A DNA stretch of 64,000 nt from Mobula hypostoma (taxonomy: Eukaryota), in assembly GCF_963921235.1 (NCBI RefSeq), contig NC_086097.1, forward strand, positions 92,630,001 to 92,694,000, in the 5' to 3' direction. Position numbers and translations under genes: made by a program. Below the pieces are notes generated by a model. It was given only the letters and a program-made list of their open reading frames with translations. It did no database searches and was not told the origin of the DNA. Shown piece by piece: positions 1-13,169 of the stretch (the first letter of the stretch is position 1; each line of letters begins with the position of its first letter).

Positions 1-699
1 GAGTCAATGCTACTAATCTCAACCAAGTCTTACAACAGCAGGTTTCATATCTCAATTTTTCTTTTTACACTAATTTCATCCAAATTCCATTTGCGGTTTA
101 TCAGAGGTTATTTACAGCTGCAAACTGACCTACCTCTACAACTCTCAATCATCTTGGCTGTGGATATTTTCAATTCTTGGCCTATTTTTGTTATCTCCTC
201 TAACCAGTGAGACTGTACTTCCCTGATTCTGGCAATTTTAAAGACCTCTAGTTATCCTCAACGGCAGTTGTAAACATAAAGCTGACGTCTTAAAACTCTG
301 GAATTTTTTTCCTAATCCTTGCCATCTCCTTTAAACCACTATTCTAAACCCACCTCTTAGCCTTTCACACTTTACCACATTCTTAATGCGAGGTGTTGTG
401 GTGGTACGTCGATCCCATTGATTGCCCTCAATTTTTAAATAACTCAGTTAATTATTTCTTATTTATTATATAAATGTATGTTTGTACTTGGGAATAGAAA
501 GTCTTCTGCTTCAGAAGCAGTACTCATTACCAGCTCAGGTACTGAGAAAAACTCAACTATGTCCGAAAATTTATCTCAAACTCAACAAGGGACCTCTGAA
601 GCTCTGCTTATGACAATTTTCCACATTTCTTCCCTTCAGCCTTTCTGAACAGTGTTGCCATTTGTAAACTCAGCAAGTTAAATTAGCTCCTTGTGGTGC

Positions 700-2270
700 T
701 TGGATGCAATGGTCCTGGGGAGTTCCTGCTCACCAGATTTGGGATATCTAACCATAAAGTGCCACCCACACTACCAGCTGTACTGCTATGACGGAGCTCT
801 GGCAGTGTCCTCAGATCCTGAGTGGATCAGCTGGCAGGGTATTGCAGACATTTTTAACCCCCTCCTGATTTCAACCTGCTTTAAGAAGACCACTATCATC
901 CTGATGCCTCAGAAAAATAAGGTAACATTACTGAACAGCTACTGCCCAGAGGCTGTGAAATCCACAATCCTGAAATGCCTGAGAGGTTGGTCATAACATA
1001 CAGTACAGCAGCTCCAGCATCTCAGGCAACCTCAACCCCCTGCAATTCACCTACCAGCAAAACAGGTCAAGGCAAATACCGTTGCCAAGGCCTTACACTC
1101 ACCTCTGAAGTGCCTGAAGAACAAAGTCAGGCACCTCATTATTGCATGCAGCTCCATCTTCAACACCATAACTCAAACTCAGCTCCTAGGTCTAGGACTC
1201 AGTACCTCTCTTATCAAATAGAACCCTTACTTCCTGGCCAAAAGTAAGGAAGTACTGGAAGCAATCAGTAAGGTTAGGCAGCAACATCTCTGCCATGATT
1301 ATCCTCAACCCTGATGACCTGCAAAGCTGCGTCCTCAATCCCTACTCTGTTCTCTATACACTCAGCTGTATGGCCAGATTCTGCTCCAGCTCCATACAGA
1401 AATTCACAGATGACACCACCATAGTCAGCCAGATCTCAAATAACGAAAAGACATAGTACAGGAAGGAGACAGAGAGAGCTTAGTGCCTTGGTGTCAAGAC
1501 AATGTCCTCCAATGTGAAATAAACTAAACAGCTGGTCATTGACTTCAGGAATCCAGGTACAATACATAACATAGTCTGTATCAATGGTGCTGAGGTGGAG
1601 ATGGTTGGCTGCTTCAAGTTCCTAGGTATAAATATCACATTATAACTTGTCCTAGTCCAACCACATACAAGTTATGACCACACCAGTGCCTCTAATTCCT
1701 CAGAAGGCTAAGGAAATTTGGCCTGTCCCCACTGTCCCTCACTAATTTTTATATATGTACCACTGAAAGAGTCCTATCCAAGTGCATCACGGGCTTGGTA
1801 TGGCAACTGCGCTACCCAAGACAGCAAGAAATTGCTGGAAGTTTTGGGCACATTTCAGTACATCAGGAAAACCAGCCTCTCCTTCACGAATGCTGTCTAC
1901 ACTTCTCCATGGGAAAGCAGCTAACATTATCAAAAATTCCCTCCCAACCTGGTCATTCGCTCTTCTCACTTCCATCAGGCACAGATTCAAAAGTTTGAAA
2001 ACAACCATTACTAGCCTCAAGGAAAGCATCTACCCCACTTCTTCTTGGATAGCAAGAGGAATTTTTCATCTCACTACCTAATCCACTGTGGCCCTTACAC
2101 CATATTGTCTACCTGCATTATACTGTTACTCTGTATTCTCCATTCATGTTACTGCTTTTTCTTTTGTACTGACTCAATGTACTTGCGTCTTGAAATGATC
2201 TGTGCAGATGGCATGCAAAACAAAAGCCTTTCACTGTATCTCAGTATGTGTTACAATAATAACTAATTAT
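700..2270 (+). mobile_element. Degenerate, internally deleted Rex1/Babar-type LINE
   Basis: Frameshifted remnants: CFKKTTII..PQKNKVT.LNSY.P.A.KSTILKC, FTDDTT, RAWYGNC. The 3' UTR ends in actgtatctcagtatgtgttacaataataac. Confidence 0.75.
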
Positions 2271-2479
2271 CAACTGGAACTGCACAGATTATTTTCATAT
2301 TACGTGGCTAAAGCCACTATGAAAGTAAACTTTCAGCTTCCAGTCCCGATCGAGGCAGTAAAGATGAAAAATATTCCAAATTTTTTCTTTACCAAATAGG
2401 GTGCTCTGTGAATTTACATTATTTTCATGCACATGTGGTGAGGCAATGGGCATGAATCAAAGAAGAAAGAACTCCATTA

Positions 2480-2865
2480 GCAACAATGATGTGCATTTAT
2501 ATAGCACCTTTTCTAAAACAGAATGTCCCAATGAACTTCCCAGCCAATGAGATACTTCTGAAGTGTAGCCACTTTTGTTATCTACAGAAATGCAGCAGCT
2601 ATTTTACACAAAACAAGGTCACACATAAGCAATGAAATAACTGCCAGATAACCTTTTCAAACTTATGAGTAAAAGGATGAATACTGGCTGAGGGAAGACT
2701 GCATTTCTACAACAGGGCTGCAGTGTAAAACCTCAACTGAAAATTGTCAATACATTAAAAAAAAACACTGCTCCCGGTTCTGCTGCATTATTTGGTCAAT
2801 TTTCTTGAACCTTGAACTCTCATCTTTCTGATTCAGAGGTGAGGTAGCTAGGAATGAAACGCCAC
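2480..2865 (-). mobile_element. Deu-domain SINE (SacSINE1/AmnSINE-like), degenerate
   Basis: Plus strand reads caacaa..gcatttatatagcacc...cagccaatgagatacttctgaagtgtagccact...aagcaatg...ccagataa, the reverse of a Deu-SINE body with an L2-like tail. A tRNA-like head remnant lies at 2805-2860. Recalled similarity only. Confidence 0.65.
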
Positions 2866-3436
2866 AAAATCAGATTCTTAAATGGAAGCCCCAGTTCAGC
2901 ATAAGCACCTACAGTGAGTGACAGGGAGCATTTAAAATCATCTGCTGACCATCAGGGATATCCTAACTCTTCATCAAGAGCATATGTGCTCAGTCAAAAG
3001 CATTACTACAATAATTTTATTAAATTATCTTTGGGACTTCCGGTAAGATGACAATAGGTTAGTCGCTCAACACCGTCGCTCCATTCCATTTCTTTCCCTC
3101 GCACTTCTTATCTTCCTTTTTCTATTCTGGACTGTTAGTTTTTTCTTGTTTTCTTACCTGCTCATGACTGCCTCCTGCTCTGCCAACATCACCGCCATTC
3201 TGGACCAGCACTGGCAAGACATTATATCTGAATTCAAGTCTGAATTTAAGGCTTCCTTCACTTCGCTGGAGTCAAAATTGGATCAAATTAATTCCAAAGT
3301 GGAGGAACATGCCGCTCGTCTTTCTCATCTTGACTCAGAAACCAGAGATTTAAAAGGTTGGATTCAACAGCTGGAAACCATTTGTTCTAATTTGAGCAAG
3401 AACAATGCTAAATTATCATCCAAAATAGCTGATCTC

Positions 3437-6189
3437 TGGGTTTACCGTGGAATTTTATAAGTTTTTTGCACCTTCATTAATCCCTTGGTTCTGTAGGGTT
3501 TTGGAGGCTTCATTAAAACTTGGTAAACTTCCCGAATCCTTTTATAGAGCGTCAATCTCTCTAATATTAAAGAAGGATAAAGATCCTGCTCAATGTGCAT
3601 CTTATAGACCAATATCTTTATTAAATGTTGATTCTAAAATTTTCTCTAAATTACTAGCAAACAGATTAGAAAAAGTACTCCCTTTTATTATTTCGGAAGA
3701 CCAAACGGGTTTTATTAAAGGTTGCTACTCTTTCTATAACATTCGCACACTGTTAAATATTGTTTATACCCCCTCACAAAATGTTCCTGAGTGTGTTATC
3801 TCTTTAGATGCTGAAAAAGCTTTTGATGGAGTAGAATGGCCTTACTTATTTAAGGTGCTTGAAATGTTTAATTTTAGCTCGAAATTTATATCCTGGATTA
3901 AACTGTTATATCATTCTCCTATGGCCTCGGTCCGTACTAACTCTTTAAGCTCACCTTTTTTCCCTCTTTTTCGAGGTACTCGACAAGGTTGTCCTCTTAG
4001 TCCTTTATTATTTGATATTGCATTAGAACCTCTTGCAATTGCCATTCGAGAATCTCCAAATATTATTGGGATAACTCGGGGCCTAAAGTCCCATAAAATA
4101 TCACTCTATGCTGATGACTTACTTTTATATATTTCTAATCCTCAAAAATCTATCCCTGCTGCTTTAGATTTATTAGCACAATTTAGTCTTTTTTCAGGTT
4201 ATAAATTAAACCTTAGTAAGAGTGAACTTTTTCCGATTAATAAACTTCCCTTGTATCATAACTTTCCGTTTAAATTGATTAATAATTATTTCTCATATCT
4301 TGGGATTAAAATTACTTGTAAATACAAAGATTTATTTAAGACTAATTTTTTACCCTTAATTGATCATATTACTCAACTTTCATCTAAATGGTTTCCATTA
4401 TATTTAACCTTGATTGGTCGTATTAATGCAGTTAAGATGTTTATTCTGCCAAAATTTTTATATATATTTCACGCATTACCGATTTTTGTTCCAAAATCTT
4501 TTTTTGATAAAGTTGACTCTAAAATTTCTTCATTTATTTGGCAAAATAAAAACCCGTGATTGGGTAAAATACATTTACAGAAAGCCAAGAGAGATGGAGG
4601 TCTAGCATTACCTAACTTTAGATTCTATTATTGGGCAATTAATATTCGACATATGAAATTTTGGTTACTTGACCAAGATACACTATCCATTCCTAAATGG
4701 GTAGTATTGGAATTACAATCTGCTCAGGGCTATGCACTTGGCTCCATTTTAGGTTCCTCTCTTCCTTTTGATTTGAAACGCCTTAAACTGGTCTCTAACC
4801 CAATAGTTAAGCTTACCTTGCGTATTTGGTTTCAATTCAGAAAATTTTTTGATCTCAACCAATTTGGGCTAGCGATCCCTATTTTAGGTAACATATTTTT
4901 TCCTCCCTCTTTCACGGATCGTGCGTTTCAAATTTGGAAGACTAAGAGTATTTCACGGTTTTTGGATTTATTTTTAGATGGTTCCCTTATGTCTTTTGAA
5001 CAATTATCTAATAAATATAATTTACCAAGAATACATTTTTTTAGATATCTCCAAGTTAGAAATTTCCTAAGTACTATACTCTCTTCCTTTCCGATGCTAC
5101 CTCCTACATATATTTTAGATACTATAATTAACCTTAATCCATGTCAGAAAGGTGTAACGGCTATTATTTATAATATTATTATGAAACTTAGGAAAGCTCC
5201 ATTTGATAAGATTAGGTCAGATTGGGAACAAGAATTGGGTTCTATTATTTCCGTGGATGACTGGGGGCAGATTTTACAATTAGTTAATACTTCCTCTATC
5301 TGTGCTAAACATTCCCTAATTCAATTTAAAGTTGTTCATAGAGCACATATGTCCAAAGATAAATTAGCTCGTTTCTATTCTCATATTAATCCTTTTTGTG
5401 ATAGATGTCCGGGGCAGATAGCCTCTTTAACTCATATGTTTTGGTCTTGTCCTACTCTGGAAACTTTTTGGAGAGACATTTTTAATATTATCTCAAAGGT
5501 ATTGAATATAGATACTTCTCCTCATCCTATTACTGCTATCTTTGGATTACCTAAAATTTCCAGTAATCTTTCCCCTTCAGCCAGTAGAATGATTGCATTT
5601 CTTACTTTAATGGCGAAAAGATGTATCTTACAACATTGGAAAGAGCCTAATGCTCCAACTACTTTTTTTTGGTTTTCCCAGACGATATTATGCTAAAATT
5701 TGGAGAAAATTAGAAGTAATCTTTATGATTCCTCACTTAACTTTGAACAGACCTGGAGATCTTTTATTCAATATTTTCATTTAATGTAATTTATTTTCTC
5801 TTTTGTTCCATATTTATATTCCCTTCTTCTCTTTTTTTAACTGTTTTTAATGGAGGTTGGGTTTGAGGACGTGATTTTAAGTTCTTTAACTCTACCTGTT
5901 TCCAAGTTAGCCCATTGCTTTGCTTTGCTTTTAGTTTAGTTGCACGGTGGGTTTTTTTGGGGGGGTCTTTTTTTGGGTTTTTTTTTCCTTTTCTCTATTG
6001 ATATATATATATATATATATAAATCAGTATACTATTATTTTACCATATTTAAATTATGTTTAAATTGCACTGTTTGTATCAATTTTTTCTTCTGTATTAA
6101 TATCTCCTGTAATTTTTAACAGTGTATTAGTGCCTTTATGGTTTACCCTTTGTATACTTATTCAATAAAAAGATTTAAAAAGAAAGAAA
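3437..6189 (+). mobile_element. Young 5'-truncated L1 inserted in ORF1 of the host L1
   Basis: TSD caaaatagctg(a/c)tctc at 3421-3436 and 6190-6205. ORF2 RT plus C-terminal CCHC region in one frame broken only by stops at 4557-4559 and 5694-5696. Ends with AATAAA and an A/aaag-rich tail. Confidence 0.95.
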
Positions 6190-6695
6190 CAAAATAGCTG
6201 CTCTCGAAGGTCGGAGCAGAAGGCACAATTTACGTATCCTCAGTCTGCCAGAGGCTATCGAAAGCAGAGTTCCTGTTGATTTCTTTTCTTCTCTACTTTG
6301 TGAGGTTTTTGGGAAAGATATTCTTCCGAATTTACCTGAGTTAGACAGAGCTCATTGTATACAGGTATTTCGTTCTAAGCCAGAAGCGGGCTCTCGGCCA
6401 CACCCAGTTATGCTTTGTTTTCAATGCTATCAGGTGAAAAACCTGTTGATTATGGAAGCATAACGCAGGGGAAAATTGGATTATAAGGGACATTCCATTC
6501 GTATTGTTGAAGATTATATGAGGCTGCGCACCGAATATAAAGGTGTAATGAAAGAGTTTTATAACCGTGGACTCAGGCCTTTGCTACATTATCCCGCCAA
6601 TTTCCAAATAACTCTTAGTACTGGGGATAGCAAATGGTTCAAATCAGTTACAGAAGCTCAGAAATTCATCGAAAGTCTCCCTGCCGTTACGACTT

Positions 6696-8075
6696 CTTCA
6701 GACTCGATCTGACTATTTAAAATGGCTGATTATTTTTTTCTCTCTCCTTAGTTTGTTTTGCCTTTTAAATTAAATTTTTAAATCATTGAATATGGTTTAT
6801 TTCTGGTATAAAAGTTCAGAAATTTACTGAAAGTTTCTTCGTCATTGTGATTTTTTTAGACTCGATTTGATTATTTAAAATGGCTGATTCCTTCTGTTTC
6901 TCTCTTTTTTATACTTTCTTGCTTTCCTTTTAAATTCAATTTTTAAATTACTGAAGATGGTTTAACTCTAAGTAATTCAAAAATTTACTTAAACTCTTTG
7001 CTATGGTGACTCTTTTCAAACTATTTTTAAATTACTAAAAATGGTTTAACTCTGCTATAAGTTCAGAATTTTACTGGGAGTCTCCTTGTCTAGGTTTCTC
7101 CTACAGACTCGATTTGATTATTTAAAATGGCCAATTGCTTTTTTCTCTCTCTCTGTTTTTTCTTTCTTTCTTTCTTTTTAAATCTTTTTATTGAGTAAGT
7201 ATACAAAAAAGGTAAGCCATATAAACATTAATACAATGTTAAAGTATAATAAAATTCCAAAAGATAACAATACCAAAAAGAAAATACTACAAACAATGTA
7301 ATTTAAGCATAAGAAACCAAAATAACATAATAGTATACTAGATTTTATATATATCAATGGAAAAAAAGAAAAAAAAAACCCCAAAAAAAAACCCACCGTG
7401 CAACTAACTAAAAGCAAAGCAAAGCAATGGGCTAACTTGAAACCAAACAGAGTTAAACTTAAAATCACGTCCTCAATCCCGACCTCCATTAAAACAGTGA
7501 AAAAAAAAACAAGAAGGGTAAATATTACATTAAATGAAAATATTGAATAAAAGGTCCCCAAATCTGTTCAAATTTAAATGAAGAATCATAAAGGTTACTT
7601 CTAATTTTCTCCAGATTCAAACATAAAATCGTCTGAGAAAACCAAAAAAAGGTAGTTGGAGCATTAAGCTCTTTCCAATGTTGTAAAATACATCTTTTCG
7701 CCATTAAAGTAAGAAATGCAATCATTCTACGGGCTGAAGGGGAAAGATTACTAGAAATTTTAGGTAGTCCAAAGATAGCAGTAATAGGGTGAGGAGAGAT
7801 ATCTATATTTAATACCTTAGAAATAATATTGAAAATATCTCTCCAAATGTTTTTTCTTATATTTTCTTATGTTCTTTGCTTTCCCTTTAAATTTAATTTT
7901 TGTATTACTGAAAATGATTTAACTCTGCTATAAGTTTAGAAATTCACTGAAATTTCATATTACTTAAAATGGTTTTACTTTGTTATAAGAAGTTCAGAAA
8001 TTTATCAAAAGTTTCTTTGTTATGGAGTCCCCTTCAGACTCAATTTGATTATTTATAATGGTCTATCGGTATTTT
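6696..8075. repeat. Imperfect tandem repeat in the L1 inter-ORF spacer
   Basis: Unit head agactc(g/a)at(c/t)tga(c/t)tattta(a/t)aatgg at 6700, 6858, 7105 and 8036, with a recurring sub-unit like aatggtttaactctgctataagttcagaa. Confidence 0.8.
7165..7847 (-). mobile_element. L1 3' fragment (same family as 3437-6189) inserted antisense in the host L1 inter-ORF region
   Basis: 11-bp TSD tgttttttctt at 7154-7164 and 7848-7858. Encodes MIAFLTLMAKRCILQHWKELNAPTTFFWFSQTILC, nearly identical to the end of ORF 4560-5696, and has the same 3' UTR and tail. Confidence 0.95.
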
Positions 8076-10095
8076 TTTTCTTTCTTTTTTTTCCCTGCTC
8101 TTTCTTTTTTCATTTTTTTAAATTACTGTATTTTTTATCTCTTCGTGGGTTTGCTAATCTGGATTATTATTTCAATGCTAAACCTAATACTTTTTGATAG
8201 TTCCAAGTGCGTAAGCCATCTGTTTTTTTTAAATTGTTAATTAAATGGAGCTTATGAAGTTATACCGAAACTGGAAGTCGGGGTTAGAGGTAGTTTCTTT
8301 CTGAAGAGCTTGCTGCTGTTCTTTGATAGCTTTCTTGCTTTGGGTTCCGGGGGGGCGGTTCCCAGTGCCAACACTATTTAAAAAACTTTAGTTATTCTCT
8401 GTTACTCAGGACTTCTTTTTGTCCTGATTTTCTTGTTTTTTATTTCTGCCCCAGCGCTGTTATTAGAATGTCTGTCCATATTTATGCCTACTACCTTGTA
8501 TATTTTTTCTATATGATAGTGGTTAACCCATTGGATTTTATAAGCTGGAATGTTAAGGGATTGAATCATCCTGTTAAAAGAAGGAAGGTGTTTTCACATC
8601 TCAAGCAGCTTAAAGCTGACATTGCTTTTTTGGAAGAAACACATATTCATAGTTTTGATAATTCTCGCCTAATGTCTAGGTGGGTGAAACAGCACTTCCA
8701 TTCTGCTTTTCTGGCTAAAGCCGGGGGGGTTCAATTCTCATTAACCAGAATGTTCCCTTTCAGCTTCATAACAAAATTTTGGATACAAATGGTCATTTTA
8801 TTATTGTCTCTGGGAAATTGTATAATAACAGGGTAGTCTTGGCTACCTCTATGCTCCCAACTCAGATGATGTGGACTTTTTTGACTTTTTTTTCCTTACT
8901 GCCTGACTTGAGTTTATATTCCCTCATATTGGGTGGTGATTTTAATTGTTGGTTAGATCCAGTATTGGATGGATCCTCTTCTGTTCTTAGACTCCCTAGT
9001 AAATCTGCTTTATCTATCCTCTCTTTCCTTTCTAATTATGGTATTTCTGATATGTGGCATTTTTTCCATCCTACTGAGAGAGATTATTCTTTTTTTTCAC
9101 ATGTCCATCATACTTTTACTAGAATCAATTATTTCTTAATGGATAATCAGTTGATTCCATTGGTTCGCTATTGCAATTATCAGAGTATAGTGATTTCGGA
9201 TCATGCTCCAGTCACCCTGTCCATAAATTTTTCTGGTTCTCCTCAAATGAATAAACATTGGCGTTTTAATCCGACCCTGTTGTCGGATAATGATTTTGTA
9301 AAATTTATGAAGGACCAAATAACCTTTTTTCTAAGTACTAACATGTCATCTGAAATCTCATCCCAGGTTGTCTGGGATGCCATGAAAGCATATTTGAGGG
9401 GTCAAATAATTTCATACACTGTGAATTTGAAAAGAAAGACCCATATAGAGCGTTCAGATTTGATTGCAAATTAAAGCAATAGACCAATTATATGCCCAGA
9501 CTAAAGATCCTGAATTGTAGAAGAAGAGAGTAGAACTTCAAACCAAGTTTGACCTTATCTCCACTTGGCCAGTTGAAAGAAAGGGCCGATTTTATATTCA
9601 TGGGGATAAGTCCGGTAAATTTTTGGTTAAACAATTAAGGCGCTCCAAAGCTAAACAACAAATCACAAAAATTCGAATGGGAAATGGGAACATTACTTTG
9701 AATCATTCTGATTTCAATGTCACATTCAAGAACTATTATTCTCAACTTTATACTTCCGAATCTTTAAATGAGAATATCTCGGTTGAACATTTTTTAAAAT
9801 AGTTTAAACATTCCTTCGCTCTCCTCTGACTTTAAAGCTAAACTTAACGAACCATTATCATTAGAGGAAATATCATCTGCCATCTCTGCATTACACTTGG
9901 GTAAATCTCCCGGACCTGATAGCTTTTCAGCAGAATTCTATAAATCATTTTCTTCTCTGCTTTCGTCTCAATTATTTTTAGTTTTATCTGATTCGTTCAA
10001 GCACGGTAAATTGCCTGCATCATTCAACGAAACGTACCATTCTTTTAGCCAAAAAAAGTAAAGATCCGACAGAGTGTTCTTCATATAAGCCGATT

Positions 10096-10732
10096 CGTAT
10101 AGGTGGGAGGAGAAGCTGGCAGCACAACGCAGTGCACATAGCCTCTTCAGTGAAATGATATCGTATTGTTAAATAGGGGCTGTGCACAATTCTGATTTGA
10201 TGGAGACAGCCGTGAGAGCACCAAGGAACATCTGGAATAACTTCTGAAATGCCCGGTTCGCTGCCGCTGCTACTGTGCAATCGAGAATCTCCGGAGGGAA
10301 GGCCCCAAAATCCTCGGCTTTGCCTGCTGCTGGCAGCTGGGGTTGGGGTCGAAGCATTCGGCAGAGATGGTGCTTGGTGTCGGAGGGCTGGTCGGAGCTT
10401 GAAGTTTTCGGACGACTCAGAGTCGGACTGTGGTCCGGTATGGCAGGGAGAGTTTTCTTCCTTTTCCCGTCTGTGTGAGATGTGGGACTTTCGGAGACTT
10501 TGAACTTTTTACTGTGTTAATGGCCTGTTCTTCATCAAGTTACGGTATTGCTTGCACTATTGTAACTATATGTTATAATTATGTGGGTTTTGTCAGTTTT
10601 TCAGTCTTGGTCTGTCCTGTGTATCTGTGATATCACACCGGAGTAATGGTGTATCATTTCTTAATGCATGCATTACTAAATGACAATAAAAGAGGACTGC
10701 GTGTCCTCGTAATCTAATCTAATCTAATCTAA
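10096..10732 (+). mobile_element. Non-coding retroposon with (TAATC)n tail inserted in L1 ORF2
   Basis: Interrupts SYKPI|..VKILAK of the host ORF2. GC-rich 5' half, then AATAAA and aatctaatctaatctaatct. No TSD; a few target bases are lost. Confidence 0.8.
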
Positions 10733-13169
10733 AATGACAATGTTAAAATCTTGGCTAAAGTTTTGGCTAGTAGATTAGAAAACATTATACCCTCTGTTAT
10801 TTCCGAAGACCAAACTGGTTTTATCAAAAATCGTCTTCCCCATTTTAATATACGGCACTTATTTAATATCTTATATTCACCCTCAGCTGGGATTCCTGAA
10901 TGTGTTATTTCTCTCGATGCGGAGAAAGCGTTCGATCGTGTCGAATGGAATTACCTTTTCGTAGTTTTAGAAAAATTTGATTTTGGACAAAGTTTTATTA
11001 CATGGATTAAATTGCTATATTCATGTCCCACCACTTCTGTTTTGACCAACTCTCAGCTATCCCAGTCTTTCAGTCTTAAACGCAGCACTTGTCAAGGTTG
11101 CCCTCTAAGTCCCTTACTCTTCGATTTGGCTATAGAGCCACTTGCCATTGCATTTCGTAGCTGTGCTGAAGTGATGGGGATTTGAAGGGGAGGTGTTGAG
11201 CATAACGTTTCCCTTTATGCTGATGATCTTTTACTTTTTACATCAAACCTAACTACCTCCTTACCCTCAATGTTTTCACTTCTTAATAAATTTAGTCAAC
11301 TCTCTGGTTATAAACTTAATTTACGTAAGAGTGAACTCTTTCCAATCAAGGAGAAGCACAAACTTTAGGACCTCCCTTTTAAAGTAGTTAATAATCAATT
11401 CATTTATACTGGCATTACAGTAACAAGGAACTTCAAGAATCTTTTTCGTGAAAATTCTACCAATCTCCTAAACTCTACAAAACAGAGTTTGACACAGTGG
11501 TCACCCTTGTCTACGTCTCTTGTAGGTCGTATTAATGTTATTAAAATGTATATCCTTCCTAATTTTTTGTAATTATTTCAGTCTCTACCAATTTTTATTT
11601 CTAAAGCTTTTCTCGATGGGTTAGATTCCACTATTTCGTCTTATCTACGGCAGAGAAAACGCCCTAGACTTAACAAAGCTCATCTTCAAAAATCTAAAAA
11701 AGGAGGTATGGCCTTGTCTAATTTTCATTTATATTACTGCGCAGCCAATATTCGTTGTCTTATTTTTTGGTCTTTCTTTCATAATAAGTCGGACTGCCCA
11801 AAATGAGTGGCAATGGAGTTGAACTCTACTAAGGATCTTTCAATTCCTGCACTTCTCGATTCCGCACTTCCTTGCATTTACCTAGACTTATTGCTAATCC
11901 TCTTATTAGACATACTTTAAGAATATGAGCTCAGTTCAGAAAATGTAATGGTCTTCATGGTTTTTCTCTTTCTAGCCCTATCATCTTTTCCTACCTTCTA
12001 TGCAGGATTCAACATTTCATGACTGGCATAGAAAGGGTATTAGGCGCTTTGAAGGTCTTTTCATAGATAATCGTTTTGCAACTTTTCAACAACTGTCTGT
12101 AAAGTTTAATTTACTTAATACTCATGTCTTTAGATATCTTCAAATTCGACATCTTATTAACCCTCTGATATCAAACTTTGCTGACATGCCTGAGAGAAAT
12201 GTTTTGGATTTGTTTTTATGTACCAACCCACTGGGTAAAGGTTTAATATCGGCTATTCGGGATAAGTTCGTGATTTTGAGGCGTGGTCCTTTCGGTAAAA
12301 TTAGAACTGCCTGGGAACAAGATCTAAATATCTCTTTATCCGATGCAGTTTGGATTTAATTCTTAAGTCAGTTAACTCAACCTCTCTATGTGCTCGTCAT
12401 TGCCTTTTGCAGCTTAAGATTGTACAAACTCATATAAAACTAAATTATCGCGGTTTTATCCTGACATTAGTCCTGTTTGTGATAAGTGTAAAGGGGCTGA
12501 AGCTTCCCTTATTCATATGTATTGGACCTGTCCTAGTCTAGAGAAATTCTGGAGAGAAGTTTTTTTAACCCTATCTCATATTCTTAACTGTCATTTAGAA
12601 CCTAACCCTCTGGTTGCTCTTTTTGGCACCTTGGGTGAAGTAGATGTGCACGTGAGTACGGCTAAATGCCAAACATTATCTTTTGCCTCTCTTTTGGCTA
12701 GACAGTTAGTTTATCTTAGGTGGAAAGATGCTGCCCCGCCCACTCATGCTCAATGGCTTAGTGATATTATGGCCTGTTTAGACCTCAAAAAGATTAATTA
12801 TTCACTTCTTAACCTGGACATAAAGTTTCATAAAGTGTGGGGACCTTTCCTTGAATATTTTCACAGCGCTTCTTTAGGGTAAGTTTATCCTTTTTTTAAG
12901 CATGCTACAATCCCTTACTTTCAGCTTTTTTTTTCTTGAAAGTTATGCGGCTTTTTTGTTATGAATATACTTTTGGTAGTCAGTATTATGTTATTTTTTG
13001 ATATATATTTACAGTTCTCTGGGGTTGAATGTTCTGATTGATTTTTTTTAATATATGTAAAGTGGTTGGCCTGGGTTTTTCTTTTTTTTCAGTGGGAGGT
13101 TGGGGGGGATATTAATTTTACATAATTCTCTTTAGGGTGCTTTTTTTTTCTTACTGCTATGAACTATAT

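Noticed and set aside
3447..5696. 370-aa and 378-aa ORFs as a two-gene system
   Set aside because: They are one L1 ORF2 frame split by a nonsense codon, inside a TSD-bounded truncated insertion.
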